A stretch of 52,812 nt of DNA, taken from an uncultured Bacilli bacterium (GTDB lineage: Bacteria > Bacillota_I > Bacilli_A > RF39 > UBA660). Shown here one piece after another: positions 1-7,775 of the stretch (positions are counted from its first letter, which is position 1; each line of letters begins with the position of its first letter). The stretch covers positions 1-52,812 of the forward strand of contig CANRME010000002.1 of the NCBI GenBank assembly GCA_947631655.1, given 5' to 3'. The notes under the pieces were generated by a model. The model was not told the DNA's origin and did not search any database. It saw only the letters and a list, made by a program, of their open reading frames with translations. The translations under genes and the position numbers were made by a program.

Positions 1-4
1 CTAG

Positions 5-628
5 TACAAATACTACCCCCCCCCTACGGAAATTGTCGAATTTAAACAAGAGATAACAAGTCAAAGTTTATCAATTCCTGGTAGTAAATATCAAGATGTA
101 ATTAAAGATACAATTGCTAGTGATGAAAATTTAAAAGAAAAGCTAGCAAATGGTGCTAATGTCGTAATTAAGAGTGAACCAGCTCCAGTAACTGAAAGTT
201 CTCAAAATTCATTTAAAACTGTTGTTCAAGGTGGTAATATTTTAAATTTTGTAGATATTAAAATTAATCTTCAAGCCGATAATCAAGATTATCCAATTAC
301 TAATTTAAAAGATAGAATTGAGTTAGCATTAACTATTCCACCAGCACCAGTAGTTCCAAGTGGTTATTATAGAGAATATTACGTATTAAGAGAACATGAT
401 GGCGAAATTGAAAGATTGGACTCTCAAGTAAGCGAAGATGGTAAGACAATAACATTTAGTAGTGATAAGTTCTCTATCTATGCAGTTGGATATGTAGATA
501 AGAAAATAGTTTCTTCTAATGTTGAAAACCCTAATACTGGCGATAATATATACTTTATAGTAAGTGCATTTATAATAAGTGCAATCGGTATATGCTTATC
601 AACAAGAAAAATGCTTACAAATAAATAA
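5..628 (+). CDS. C-terminal part of a sortase-anchored surface protein (5' end outside the window or frame-shifted at the window edge)
   Basis: Frame 2 is open from nt 5 to the TAA at 626-628, so the ATG at 416 in the ORF track is internal. The C-terminus carries a tripartite cell-wall sorting signal: NPNTG, a hydrophobic stretch (IYFIVSAFIISAIGICL) and a basic tail (STRKMLTNK). NPxTG resembles sortase-B-type NPKTG signals. Confidence 0.6.
   Translation, partial: YKYYPPPTEIVEFKQEITSQSLSIPGSKYQDVIKDTIASDENLKEKLANGANVVIKSEPAPVTESSQNSFKTVVQGGNILNFVDIKINLQADNQDYPITNLKDRIELALTIPPAPVVPSGYYREYYVLREHDGEIERLDSQVSEDGKTITFSSDKFSIYAVGYVDKKIVSSNVENPNTGDNIYFIVSAFIISAIGICLSTRKMLTNK
16..24. repeat. C9 homopolymer tract inside the 5' part of the surface-protein reading frame
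   Basis: Nine consecutive C residues counted directly at nt 16-24, in a genome otherwise extremely poor in G+C. A TAG lies in the downstream frame at 2-4. Frame 1 is open upstream of the tract and stops at 43-45. Confidence 0.9.
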
Positions 629-647
629 GATACTTTAATAAATGATT

Positions 648-677
648 AAAACTTCTCAAAGCGAGAAGTTTTATTTT
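648..677 (+). terminator. Rho-independent terminator of the surface-protein gene
   Basis: Inverted repeat aaaacttctc/gagaagtttt with loop aaagc, followed by a T-run (attttt). Confidence 0.6.
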
Positions 678-701
678 GGCTAAATTTAATATCATACAAA
701 A

Positions 702-719
702 AGACCTAATTAAAGGTCT
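702..719 (-). terminator. Probable terminator of the lipoprotein gene
   Basis: 6-bp stem agacct/aggtct with loop aattaa, followed on the minus strand by TTTT. It lies 10 nt after the stop at 730. Confidence 0.4.
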
Positions 720-729
720 AGTTAATATT

Positions 730-1437
730 TTAGTTTTCTTTTTCTAATGCTTTAGTAGTTGTTACTTTTTCACAAGTTTTAGTTTCAGAATTATAAGTAA
801 AGCCATCAGTTTCACAATTATTTAAAGGTTCTTTAGTTTCGGTAGTATTACATTTTGAACCATCTAAAGTTCCACTTTCACAAGTATAAGTTGTTTTTAC
901 TTGACTTGTTTTATAACATTTACCACTTACTTCTTTAGTACCACTAGGACATGATGTTACAGTTGTAAAATCGGTTTTAGCTAAGGAACCACCATAACAT
1001 ATGCCATTTTTCCAAGTGTTACAAGAATTATACCAGCATTCACCATCTTCAACAGAAGCTACATTTTTCATTTTAGTGCCATCGGCATAAGTGTACTCAC
1101 CGATATCATATTCGGCAGGTAAAAGACACTCTTGAGTAGTTACTTTATCGTATGTTTCTTTACTTAGACAAGTATTACCACTTAAAGTATAGCCATCACT
1201 ACAACTTTGACTTGCTTTAGCATTAGTAGTAGTTGTTTTAGTACACTTTCCATCTTCTAAAGTATAACCATCTTCACAGCTTTGTTTTACTTCTTCGGTT
1301 TCAATAGTTTCACAATTTTCACCATTTAAAGTTCCCTCTTCACAATAGTATTTTTTAGAACTTTCTTTCTTTTCACCACAAGCTGTAAGAGTTAATGCTA
1401 ATACACTACATAAAAAGATATTTAATACTTTTTTCAT
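730..1437 (-). CDS. Cysteine-rich repeat lipoprotein
   Basis: Signal peptide with a lipobox (MKKVLNIFLCSVLALTLTAC). The mature part has six short C-x2-(D/E/S)G(Y)TLxGxxC-type loops separated by T/K/E-rich linkers. Confidence 0.7.
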   Translation of the reverse strand: MKKVLNIFLCSVLALTLTACGEKKESSKKYYCEEGTLNGENCETIETEEVKQSCEDGYTLEDGKCTKTTTTNAKASQSCSDGYTLSGNTCLSKETYDKVTTQECLLPAEYDIGEYTYADGTKMKNVASVEDGECWYNSCNTWKNGICYGGSLAKTDFTTVTSCPSGTKEVSGKCYKTSQVKTTYTCESGTLDGSKCNTTETKEPLNNCETDGFTYNSETKTCEKVTTTKALEKEN

Positions 1438-1568
1438 TAGATTACTCCTTTCTTGGCTATAATTATAGGAGCAAAAATTAGGAAAGTCAAATAAAAATAT
1501 TTACTCAACTAGCAAGAAAAATAATAATTGAGGTTAAGACAGAATATACTTTATGGAGGTGAATAAAA

Positions 1569-1940
1569 ATGAACGGTACATATTACCAAAATCCAACTTT
1601 TCCTAGTAATGAAGCACCAGGAAATACGAATAATTATGATGTAAATATGGCTCCAAATGAAAATAATAATTTATTAATGAATGGAGAACAAAGTTATATT
1701 GAAAATATTTTAAGACTTAATAAAGGAAAAGTAGTTAGAGCTTATGTAAGTTTTCCGGATGCGACGGAATGGCGTAATAAAATTTTTGAAGGAGTTATTC
1801 AAGAAGCAGGAAGAGATCATTTAATATTAAGTAATCCTAATAATGGAGAATGGTATTTAATTTTAATGATTTATTTAAACTATGTTACTTTTAATGAAAG
1901 AATAGCTTATAGTCATGACTTTTCAGAAAAGACATTTTAA
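1569..1940 (+). CDS. gerQ: Spore coat protein GerQ (YwdL)-like
   Basis: The C-terminal block SYIENILRLNKGKVVRAYVSFPD...WRNKIFEGVIQEAGRDHLILSNPNNGEWYLILMIYLNYVTF matches the conserved GerQ core as I remember it. RBS GGAGGTG lies upstream. Confidence 0.65.
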   Translation: MNGTYYQNPTFPSNEAPGNTNNYDVNMAPNENNNLLMNGEQSYIENILRLNKGKVVRAYVSFPDATEWRNKIFEGVIQEAGRDHLILSNPNNGEWYLILMIYLNYVTFNERIAYSHDFSEKTF

Positions 1941-1954
1941 GTCTTTTTCTTTTA
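1927..1954 (+). terminator. Weak rho-independent terminator after gerQ
   Basis: Stem aaaagac/gtctttt with loop attttaa, followed by a T-rich run. Confidence 0.35.
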
Positions 1955-1986
1955 AAAATTTATGTTATAATTAGATAGGTGATAGT

Positions 1987-2532
1987 ATGGGATGGATATA
2001 TGCTTTATTAGTTATTATTTTAATAGGTAGTGCATTAGGACTTGTTTATGTTGTTTGTTTTAATAAATTAAAAGAAAATGATATTAGAATTAAAGAAGCA
2101 GAAAGTATAATTGATGAATCTTTAAGAAATAAATATGACTTAATGATGCGTTTAGATTTGTTATTGCAAAAATATTTTGATAAAGATAAACCTTATTTTA
2201 AAGAGTTAAAAGAACTTAAAGGTCAAGAATTTACTTCCTTTACTTTAGATAGAAAGATAGAAGAAGCCGCTTTAATAGCTTTAAAGGTTATTAATGATGA
2301 AGATAATATTTTAAAAGAAGCTGATTATATAAATATTAGTAATGATATTAAAAAAGCTGATGAAAAATTATCAGCAGCTAAAAGTTTTTATAATAAATAT
2401 ACAACCAAGTATAATGCTTTAGTAAATCATTTCCCATCAAGTATTGTAGCAAAAGTTATTCATTTAGAAGAAAAAAGATACTATGATGGTAAAAATTTAA
2501 ATGACGATATTTACGAAGACTTTAAATTATAA
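1987..2532 (+). CDS. LemA family membrane protein
   Basis: Single N-terminal TM (IYALLVIILIGSALGLVYVV), then a helical domain. The C-terminal FYNKYTTKYNALVNHFPSSIVAKV is like the LemA signature (FYN..V..YN..I..FP.NI.A). Confidence 0.7.
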   Translation: MGWIYALLVIILIGSALGLVYVVCFNKLKENDIRIKEAESIIDESLRNKYDLMMRLDLLLQKYFDKDKPYFKELKELKGQEFTSFTLDRKIEEAALIALKVINDEDNILKEADYINISNDIKKADEKLSAAKSFYNKYTTKYNALVNHFPSSIVAKVIHLEEKRYYDGKNLNDDIYEDFKL

Positions 2533-3186
2533 TCTCCAATCTATTGGAGATATTTTTTTGCTTATTAAAAAGTTATTAGTTTTCGAAAAAGGCTTACTAC
2601 CAAAGAAACCATTACGAGCAGAGAAGGGACTAGGATGCGGACTTTCAATTACATAATGAATAGGATTAGTAATATATTCTTTCTTACTACGAGCAAAAGC
2701 GCCCCACAAAATAAATACTACTGGGGTATTTTTAGCATTTAATTTTTTAATAATATAATCAGTTAACAATTCCCAACCTAAACCTTTGTGAGAAGCGGGT
2801 TTATCTTTTTCAACAGTTAATACAGAGTTTAGAAGTAAGACTCCTTCTTTACCCCATTTGGTTAAATCGCCATATTGACAAGGAGGAATTCCTAAATCAT
2901 CTTCTAATTCTTTATAAATATTTTGTAATGAAGGAGGTATTTTTACCCCTTTTTGAACAGAGAAAGATAAACCGTGGGCCTCACCTACACCATGGTATGG
3001 GTCTTGTCCTACAATTACTACTTTAACATTATTATAAGGTGTTAATTTTAAAGCATTAAAAATATTTTCTTTAGCAGGAAAAATCGTTTTTTCATCATAC
3101 AATTTTAAAATCTTATTATAGAAGCTTTGAAAATACTTACTATTCCATATTACACTTAATTCATTATCCCAATCATTACCTATCAT
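2527..3186 (-). CDS. ung: Uracil-DNA glycosylase
   Basis: Family-1 UDG motifs GQDPYH, LLLNSVLTV and HPSPFSA. Confidence 0.93.
   Translation of the reverse strand: MIGNDWDNELSVIWNSKYFQSFYNKILKLYDEKTIFPAKENIFNALKLTPYNNVKVVIVGQDPYHGVGEAHGLSFSVQKGVKIPPSLQNIYKELEDDLGIPPCQYGDLTKWGKEGVLLLNSVLTVEKDKPASHKGLGWELLTDYIIKKLNAKNTPVVFILWGAFARSKKEYITNPIHYVIESPHPSPFSARNGFFGSKPFSKTNNFLISKKISPIDWRL
2533..2559 (+). terminator. Terminator of the LemA gene, embedded in the 3' coding end of convergent ung
   Basis: Stem tctcca/tggaga with loop atctat, then tattttttt. The same bases encode the last residues (SPIDWRL) of ung on the other strand. The two genes overlap convergently by 6 nt. Confidence 0.55.
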
Positions 3187-3195
3187 ATAAACCTC

Positions 3196-3630
3196 CTATT
3201 TATGATACGTTTCATTATTATTTATTTTAAAAGCGCGATATATTTGTTCTAGTAAAATTCCTCTAAATAACCCGTGAGGGAAAGTTAATTTGGAAAAAGA
3301 TAATTTAAGGTTAGAACGTTTCTTTACTTGTTCACCTAAACCATCACTTCCACCAATAACAAAGGCAATATTACTATTAGTTTGAAAAGTATTATCAAGT
3401 AAAGAAGCAAATTCTAAAGAACTATAAGTATTACCTTCAATGCACAAACTAATAACATAATCCGTAGGTTTAATAAGTTTTAGTAGAGAAGTTTCTTCTT
3501 TTTCTATACACTCATCTTTTATTTCGGTAATTTCTAACTTATGATACTTATTAATTCTTTTTTGATAATCATTAATTAAATCTGCTAAATATTGTTCTTT
3601 AATTTTACCAACACATAATATTTTTATCAT
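3196..3630 (-). CDS. rlmH: 23S rRNA (pseudouridine1915-N3)-methyltransferase RlmH
   Basis: SPOUT-type protein of ~145 aa. It has a GGSDGL loop and a C-terminal LSFSKLTFPHGLFRGILLEQIYRA. Its position after a YycJ-like gene matches Bacillus. Confidence 0.88.
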   Translation of the reverse strand: MIKILCVGKIKEQYLADLINDYQKRINKYHKLEITEIKDECIEKEETSLLKLIKPTDYVISLCIEGNTYSSLEFASLLDNTFQTNSNIAFVIGGSDGLGEQVKKRSNLKLSFSKLTFPHGLFRGILLEQIYRAFKINNNETYHK

Positions 3631-4397
3631 ATAACAATTTCCTCAATAGATTCTTTTGGTTTTGCACAAGTATAATCACTAAAAGATATTTCATATTCTG
3701 CAAGAGTTTCTTTTAATGCGTTCATCGCAAGTTCTTCGGTATTATTCTTTTCACTTAAGTGCATTAGAATAACTTTTTTAGTATCACTGCCGATGAACTT
3801 AGCGAGGTATATTGAAGCATCTTTATTAGAAAGGTGGCCATAAGGTCCTAGAATACGGTCTTGTAACCATATTGGGTATGGTCCATGACGGAGTTTTTCA
3901 ATATCGTGATTACTTTCAAATAAATAAACCGTTTTATTTTTTAATTTAGTAAAATATTTTTGATTAATATACCCAGTATCAGTAATATAAACTACAGATT
4001 TACCATTACTAGTGATAATAAAATTACGCGAATCATTGGTATCATGTGAAGACTTAATTACTTCTACTTTAGCATCAGATAAATAAATATCATCATCATA
4101 AATAACAATATTATCATAATTATTTAAGTCTTTTAAATCAGGAATCATTTTAGGGGTTAAATAAAGTTTTGGATGATAACTATTTAAAAAGGTTTTTAAA
4201 GCATTAATGTGATCACTATGAGTATGACTAATAAATATAGCTGTAATAGAAGAAGGGGAAACTCCAATAGAATTTAACTCCTCACAAATAAATTTAGAAG
4301 TTGTCCCCATATCTATTAAAATTTTTTCTTTTTCCGTTTCGATATAAGTTGAGTTCCCCACGGACCCACTAGTTAAGACACATATTTTCATCGCCAT
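3627..4397 (-). CDS. MBL-fold metallo-hydrolase (YycJ/WalJ-like)
   Basis: HTHSDH zinc motif, ~255 aa, in synteny with rlmH. The start could be the ATG at 4391, which forms an ATGA overlap with the upstream stop. Confidence 0.8.
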   Translation of the reverse strand: MAMKICVLTSGSVGNSTYIETEKEKILIDMGTTSKFICEELNSIGVSPSSITAIFISHTHSDHINALKTFLNSYHPKLYLTPKMIPDLKDLNNYDNIVIYDDDIYLSDAKVEVIKSSHDTNDSRNFIITSNGKSVVYITDTGYINQKYFTKLKNKTVYLFESNHDIEKLRHGPYPIWLQDRILGPYGHLSNKDASIYLAKFIGSDTKKVILMHLSEKNNTEELAMNALKETLAEYEISFSDYTCAKPKESIEEIVI

Positions 4398-5887
4398 AAC
4401 ACCAATGGGTTAATGAAGTAACCACCACCAAATGGTTTACCTACTGATACACTTAAATGTAAGTGAACTCCTTCGGCATATCCTGTTTCGCCCATTGAAC
4501 CAATTCTTTGTTTACGACTTACCGTATCGCCTTCTTTAACCATTGGCATTCCAATTAAATGGGCGTAGATTGACCAATAACCATTTGGGTGTTCAATTAC
4601 CACATTATATCCAGCATCATTACCAGCTATTCCACCCCAACCAGCATTTCTTACGACACCATCAGCTATAGCGTAAATAGGAGAACCTGCTCCTGTACCA
4701 GAAATATCTGTACCATTATGTAAAACACCCCAACGCCAACCATATGGCGAAGTAATCTTATATGGTGAATTAGTTGGCCAAGCCCAAGTTGTACCATCAT
4801 CAAAATAAATTCCATTATCATTTTCAATATAATTACTACGTCCTCTTACAATTACTTCATCTTGTTTTTCTCTTATTACCACTGGATCACCAATAGTCTC
4901 CGCTTCCGATGAAGTAGCCCCATTTATAACTTCCGTTCTTGTAGTTGTTCTAATTAACCCATTTACTCCTCTTGTTTCTACTAAACGATATGTTGCTGAC
5001 TTAGAATAATCATATTTAATTTTCGTATCATATTTATCTTCAAAATCTTCTGTTTCAATCAAATGATAAACAAAATGTAATTGTGGGTCAATTAAAGCAA
5101 TATTAATTTTTTCGCCAATAGCTAATAGATCATATGAACTAGTAAGAGAAGGATTAGCTATTAAAAGTTCTTGCGTACTCATATGGTTATCTTCAGCAAT
5201 AGATTCAATAGTATCACCGGCTTTTACTTCATAAAATTTATCTTCCATATCAGGACCAAATAATAAAAATTGCGATAATTCTTGAACATTAGTATAGATT
5301 TTATCTTGGGTACTAATATATCCTTCTTTAACCGTAATATTTTCTTGAAAATACATATCCTCTATTAGACTTCCGGTATCAACAATCGCAGATTGGGTAC
5401 CATTAATATAATTTTGATATTGTTCGGCACTAATAAATGATGTTACTAACATTTTCATAGCATCTTCAAAAACACTCTTATCTAAAACATTAATAGTATA
5501 AGCCTTACTTTTTTCTTCATCTTCATCCTCATAAGTAACCGATATCGTATAACCTTTAATAGTAAAATCTCTTTCTTCTTTAATTTTAGCATAAACAGAA
5601 TTAATATCATTTAAAGTTTCATCATAGGTATATAATTCAGCTACCTCAAATCCTTTAGGAGGATATACTCTATTGATGTTATATTCTTTTTTAATCCCAC
5701 TTTGATCATCATCGATTAGGTTATAAAGTTTTTCTTCATCATCAATGACTCCAATAGTTTCACCATCTAAGTATATTTGGTAATAAGTATGGGGTTTAGA
5801 AAAATTATGAGCGGTAAAACCACATAAAAAGATTACTACTCCCATAATTAGAGCACAAAATACTGCAATAATTCTTTTTTTAGTCAT
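4388..5887 (-). CDS. Membrane-anchored M23 family metallopeptidase with LysM and G5-like domains
   Basis: N-terminal TM; LysM (YEVKAGDTIESIAEDNHMSTQELLIANP); G5-like VETRGVNGLIRTTTRTEVINGA...VVIREKQDEVIVRG; M23 motifs HNGTDISG and GVHLHLSV. Confidence 0.85.
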   Translation of the reverse strand: MTKKRIIAVFCALIMGVVIFLCGFTAHNFSKPHTYYQIYLDGETIGVIDDEEKLYNLIDDDQSGIKKEYNINRVYPPKGFEVAELYTYDETLNDINSVYAKIKEERDFTIKGYTISVTYEDEDEEKSKAYTINVLDKSVFEDAMKMLVTSFISAEQYQNYINGTQSAIVDTGSLIEDMYFQENITVKEGYISTQDKIYTNVQELSQFLLFGPDMEDKFYEVKAGDTIESIAEDNHMSTQELLIANPSLTSSYDLLAIGEKINIALIDPQLHFVYHLIETEDFEDKYDTKIKYDYSKSATYRLVETRGVNGLIRTTTRTEVINGATSSEAETIGDPVVIREKQDEVIVRGRSNYIENDNGIYFDDGTTWAWPTNSPYKITSPYGWRWGVLHNGTDISGTGAGSPIYAIADGVVRNAGWGGIAGNDAGYNVVIEHPNGYWSIYAHLIGMPMVKEGDTVSRKQRIGSMGETGYAEGVHLHLSVSVGKPFGGGYFINPLVLWR

Positions 5888-7232
5888 GACTCTCCTCCGC
5901 TTCTATATAATTTCGGAAATTAATTTTTTTAAGTTCAAATAATAGTTTAAATTTACCAGTTGAACCTTTACGATGCTTAGCTATAATAATATCGGCGATG
6001 ACATTATCTTGAGTATCAATTTCCCCTTTATTTTGATAATAATCACTACGATTTATAAATATTACTAAGTCCGCATCTTGTTCGATAGAACCTGATTCTC
6101 TTAAATCGGCTAGCATCGGTTCATTTTTTTCTCTTTTTTCAGCATTACGTGAAAGTTGGGCTAAAGCGATAACGGGAACTTTAAGTTCCATCGCCATAGT
6201 TTTAAGCGAACGAGATATTTCACTTACTTCTTGTTGACGGCTGTCAGGGCGATGACCTCCACTGGTAATAAGTTGTAGGTAATCGATAATCACTAAACCT
6301 AAACCTTCCTTTTTTTGGGCAAGCCGACGACATTTAGCCCGAATTTCAGAGGCAGTGATATTAGCGTTATCTTCGATGTAAATATTAGTATTTTCTAGTT
6401 GACTTTTCGCTTCATTATATCTTTTCCAATCATTGGGTCCCATCATACCATTTTGGATTTTAGAGGAATCTATCCCACCTAAGGCTGATAACATTCTATC
6501 TACTAAAGATTCCGCAGGCATTTCTAGGTTAAATAAGGCAATAGCTTTGTTAGTTTTCATCGCCGCATTAGTAGCAATATTTAAAGCAAAAGCAGTTTTA
6601 CCCATACCAGGACGAGCAGCGATAATGATAAGTTCCCCTTCATGGAAACCAAATACTGCTTTATCTAATTTATAGAAACCAGATGGAATACCGGTGATTT
6701 CATTTTTATTTTTACTTCTTTCTTCTAGTTGTTCATGAGCTCTCTTTAAAACATCTTTAATAGGAACAAATTCACTACTTTCCCGATCACGAACAACATT
6801 TAAGATTTTCTTTTCCGCTTCATCTAATAAAACGGTAACATCTTCTTTTTCTTCATATGAATTGGTAACAATATCAGTGGCAGTATTAATTAAGTTTCTT
6901 ACTACACTTTTTTCTTTGACGATTTTCATATAGTATTCTAAGTTCGCAGCAGTAGCTACCGAATCAATAACATCACCAATATATTCTATGCCACCAATAC
7001 TAGATAAATCTTTTTGTTTATCTAGTTCTTCTTTAAGAGTTGTTATATCTAAAGGGGTATGTTCTAGGTAAAGGTTTCTAATAGCTTTAAAGAGTTTTTG
7101 ATTTGCTTCGCTATAGAACATTTCTGCATTCATTTCTTCACAAACCCGTGCTAGAGCTTCTTTAGAAAGAAATGTGGCACCTAAAACGCTCATTTCGGCA
7201 TCTAAGTTTTGAGGCATTTTTCTAGTTGCCAT
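5880..7232 (-). CDS. dnaB: Replicative DNA helicase
   Basis: DnaB N-terminal PQNLDAEMSVLG, Walker A ARPGMGKTAFALN, IIDYLQL and SGSIEQDADLV. The ATG at 7232 is preceded by AGGTGA. The track start at 7241 is a GTG inside that RBS. Confidence 0.95.
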   Translation of the reverse strand: MATRKMPQNLDAEMSVLGATFLSKEALARVCEEMNAEMFYSEANQKLFKAIRNLYLEHTPLDITTLKEELDKQKDLSSIGGIEYIGDVIDSVATAANLEYYMKIVKEKSVVRNLINTATDIVTNSYEEKEDVTVLLDEAEKKILNVVRDRESSEFVPIKDVLKRAHEQLEERSKNKNEITGIPSGFYKLDKAVFGFHEGELIIIAARPGMGKTAFALNIATNAAMKTNKAIALFNLEMPAESLVDRMLSALGGIDSSKIQNGMMGPNDWKRYNEAKSQLENTNIYIEDNANITASEIRAKCRRLAQKKEGLGLVIIDYLQLITSGGHRPDSRQQEVSEISRSLKTMAMELKVPVIALAQLSRNAEKREKNEPMLADLRESGSIEQDADLVIFINRSDYYQNKGEIDTQDNVIADIIIAKHRKGSTGKFKLLFELKKINFRNYIEAEESHD

Positions 7233-7246
7233 AAAAATCACCTACT

Positions 7247-7687
7247 TTACTTTTTTAATTCTATTTTTAATTTAAATATTACTTTTTTATGTAATTCAAT
7301 AGTTACTTCAGAAACACCTAAAGTATCTATTGGATAATCTAATTTAATTTTTTTCTTATCAATATTAAAACCTAATTCATTTAGTTTATCAGCAATTTGT
7401 TTAGTAGAAATAGTACCAAATACTTTATCATTAGTACCAGTTTTAACTTTAAATGTTAAAGTAACGTTTTCTAATTTTTTCTTTATTTCTTCACATTCTT
7501 TAATTAGAGTTTCTTCGTTTTTTGCTCTTTTGTCTAATTCATTTTGTAATATACTTTGAGAGGTTTTAGTGTATGGTACTGCTAAATTGTTTTTAATTAG
7601 ATAGTTTTTAGCATAACCATCACTAACATTTATTATATCATCTTTTTTACCTTGTTTTTTAACATCTTTTAGTAAAATTACTTTCAT
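7247..7687 (-). CDS. rplI: 50S ribosomal protein L9
   Basis: MKVILLKDVKKQGKKDDIINVSDGYAKNYLI is the canonical L9 N-terminus. GGGAG lies 8 nt before the ATG at 7687. Confidence 0.95.
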   Translation of the reverse strand: MKVILLKDVKKQGKKDDIINVSDGYAKNYLIKNNLAVPYTKTSQSILQNELDKRAKNEETLIKECEEIKKKLENVTLTFKVKTGTNDKVFGTISTKQIADKLNELGFNIDKKKIKLDYPIDTLGVSEVTIELHKKVIFKLKIELKK

Positions 7688-7709
7688 AAACACTACTCCC
7701 TTGTTTTAT

Positions 7710-7738
7710 ATTATATCAAATTAGCATAAGAAAAGAAA
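7710..7738 (-). promoter_or_regulatory. Putative sigma-A promoter for rplI-dnaB (extended -10)
   Basis: Minus strand reads TTTCTT, 17 nt spacer, TATAAT, with TGa immediately upstream of the -10 (tgaTATAAT). Confidence 0.4.
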
Positions 7739-7775
7739 CTTTTTTATCGTAAGAATATAAAAGCAGAGATAGTTG

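Noticed and set aside
416-628. 70-aa ORF in the track treated as a complete gene starting at the ATG at 416
   Set aside because: The same frame is open back to nt 5 and encodes contiguous domain-like sequence. The ATG is internal to a larger, partial surface-protein gene.
6433-6675. Antisense ORFs listed in the track. These are 6433-6675, 9305-9553, 24267-24545, 28268-28522, 29787-30056, 31680-31883, 32156-32467, 33682-33882, 45346-45702 and 45826-46074.
   Set aside because: Each lies entirely inside a well-supported gene on the opposite strand (dnaB, the 608-aa gene, the 442-aa gene, rpmE, murA, the DUF204 gene, spoIIR, prfA, mnmE). Each has odd composition and no RBS. They are typical shadow ORFs.
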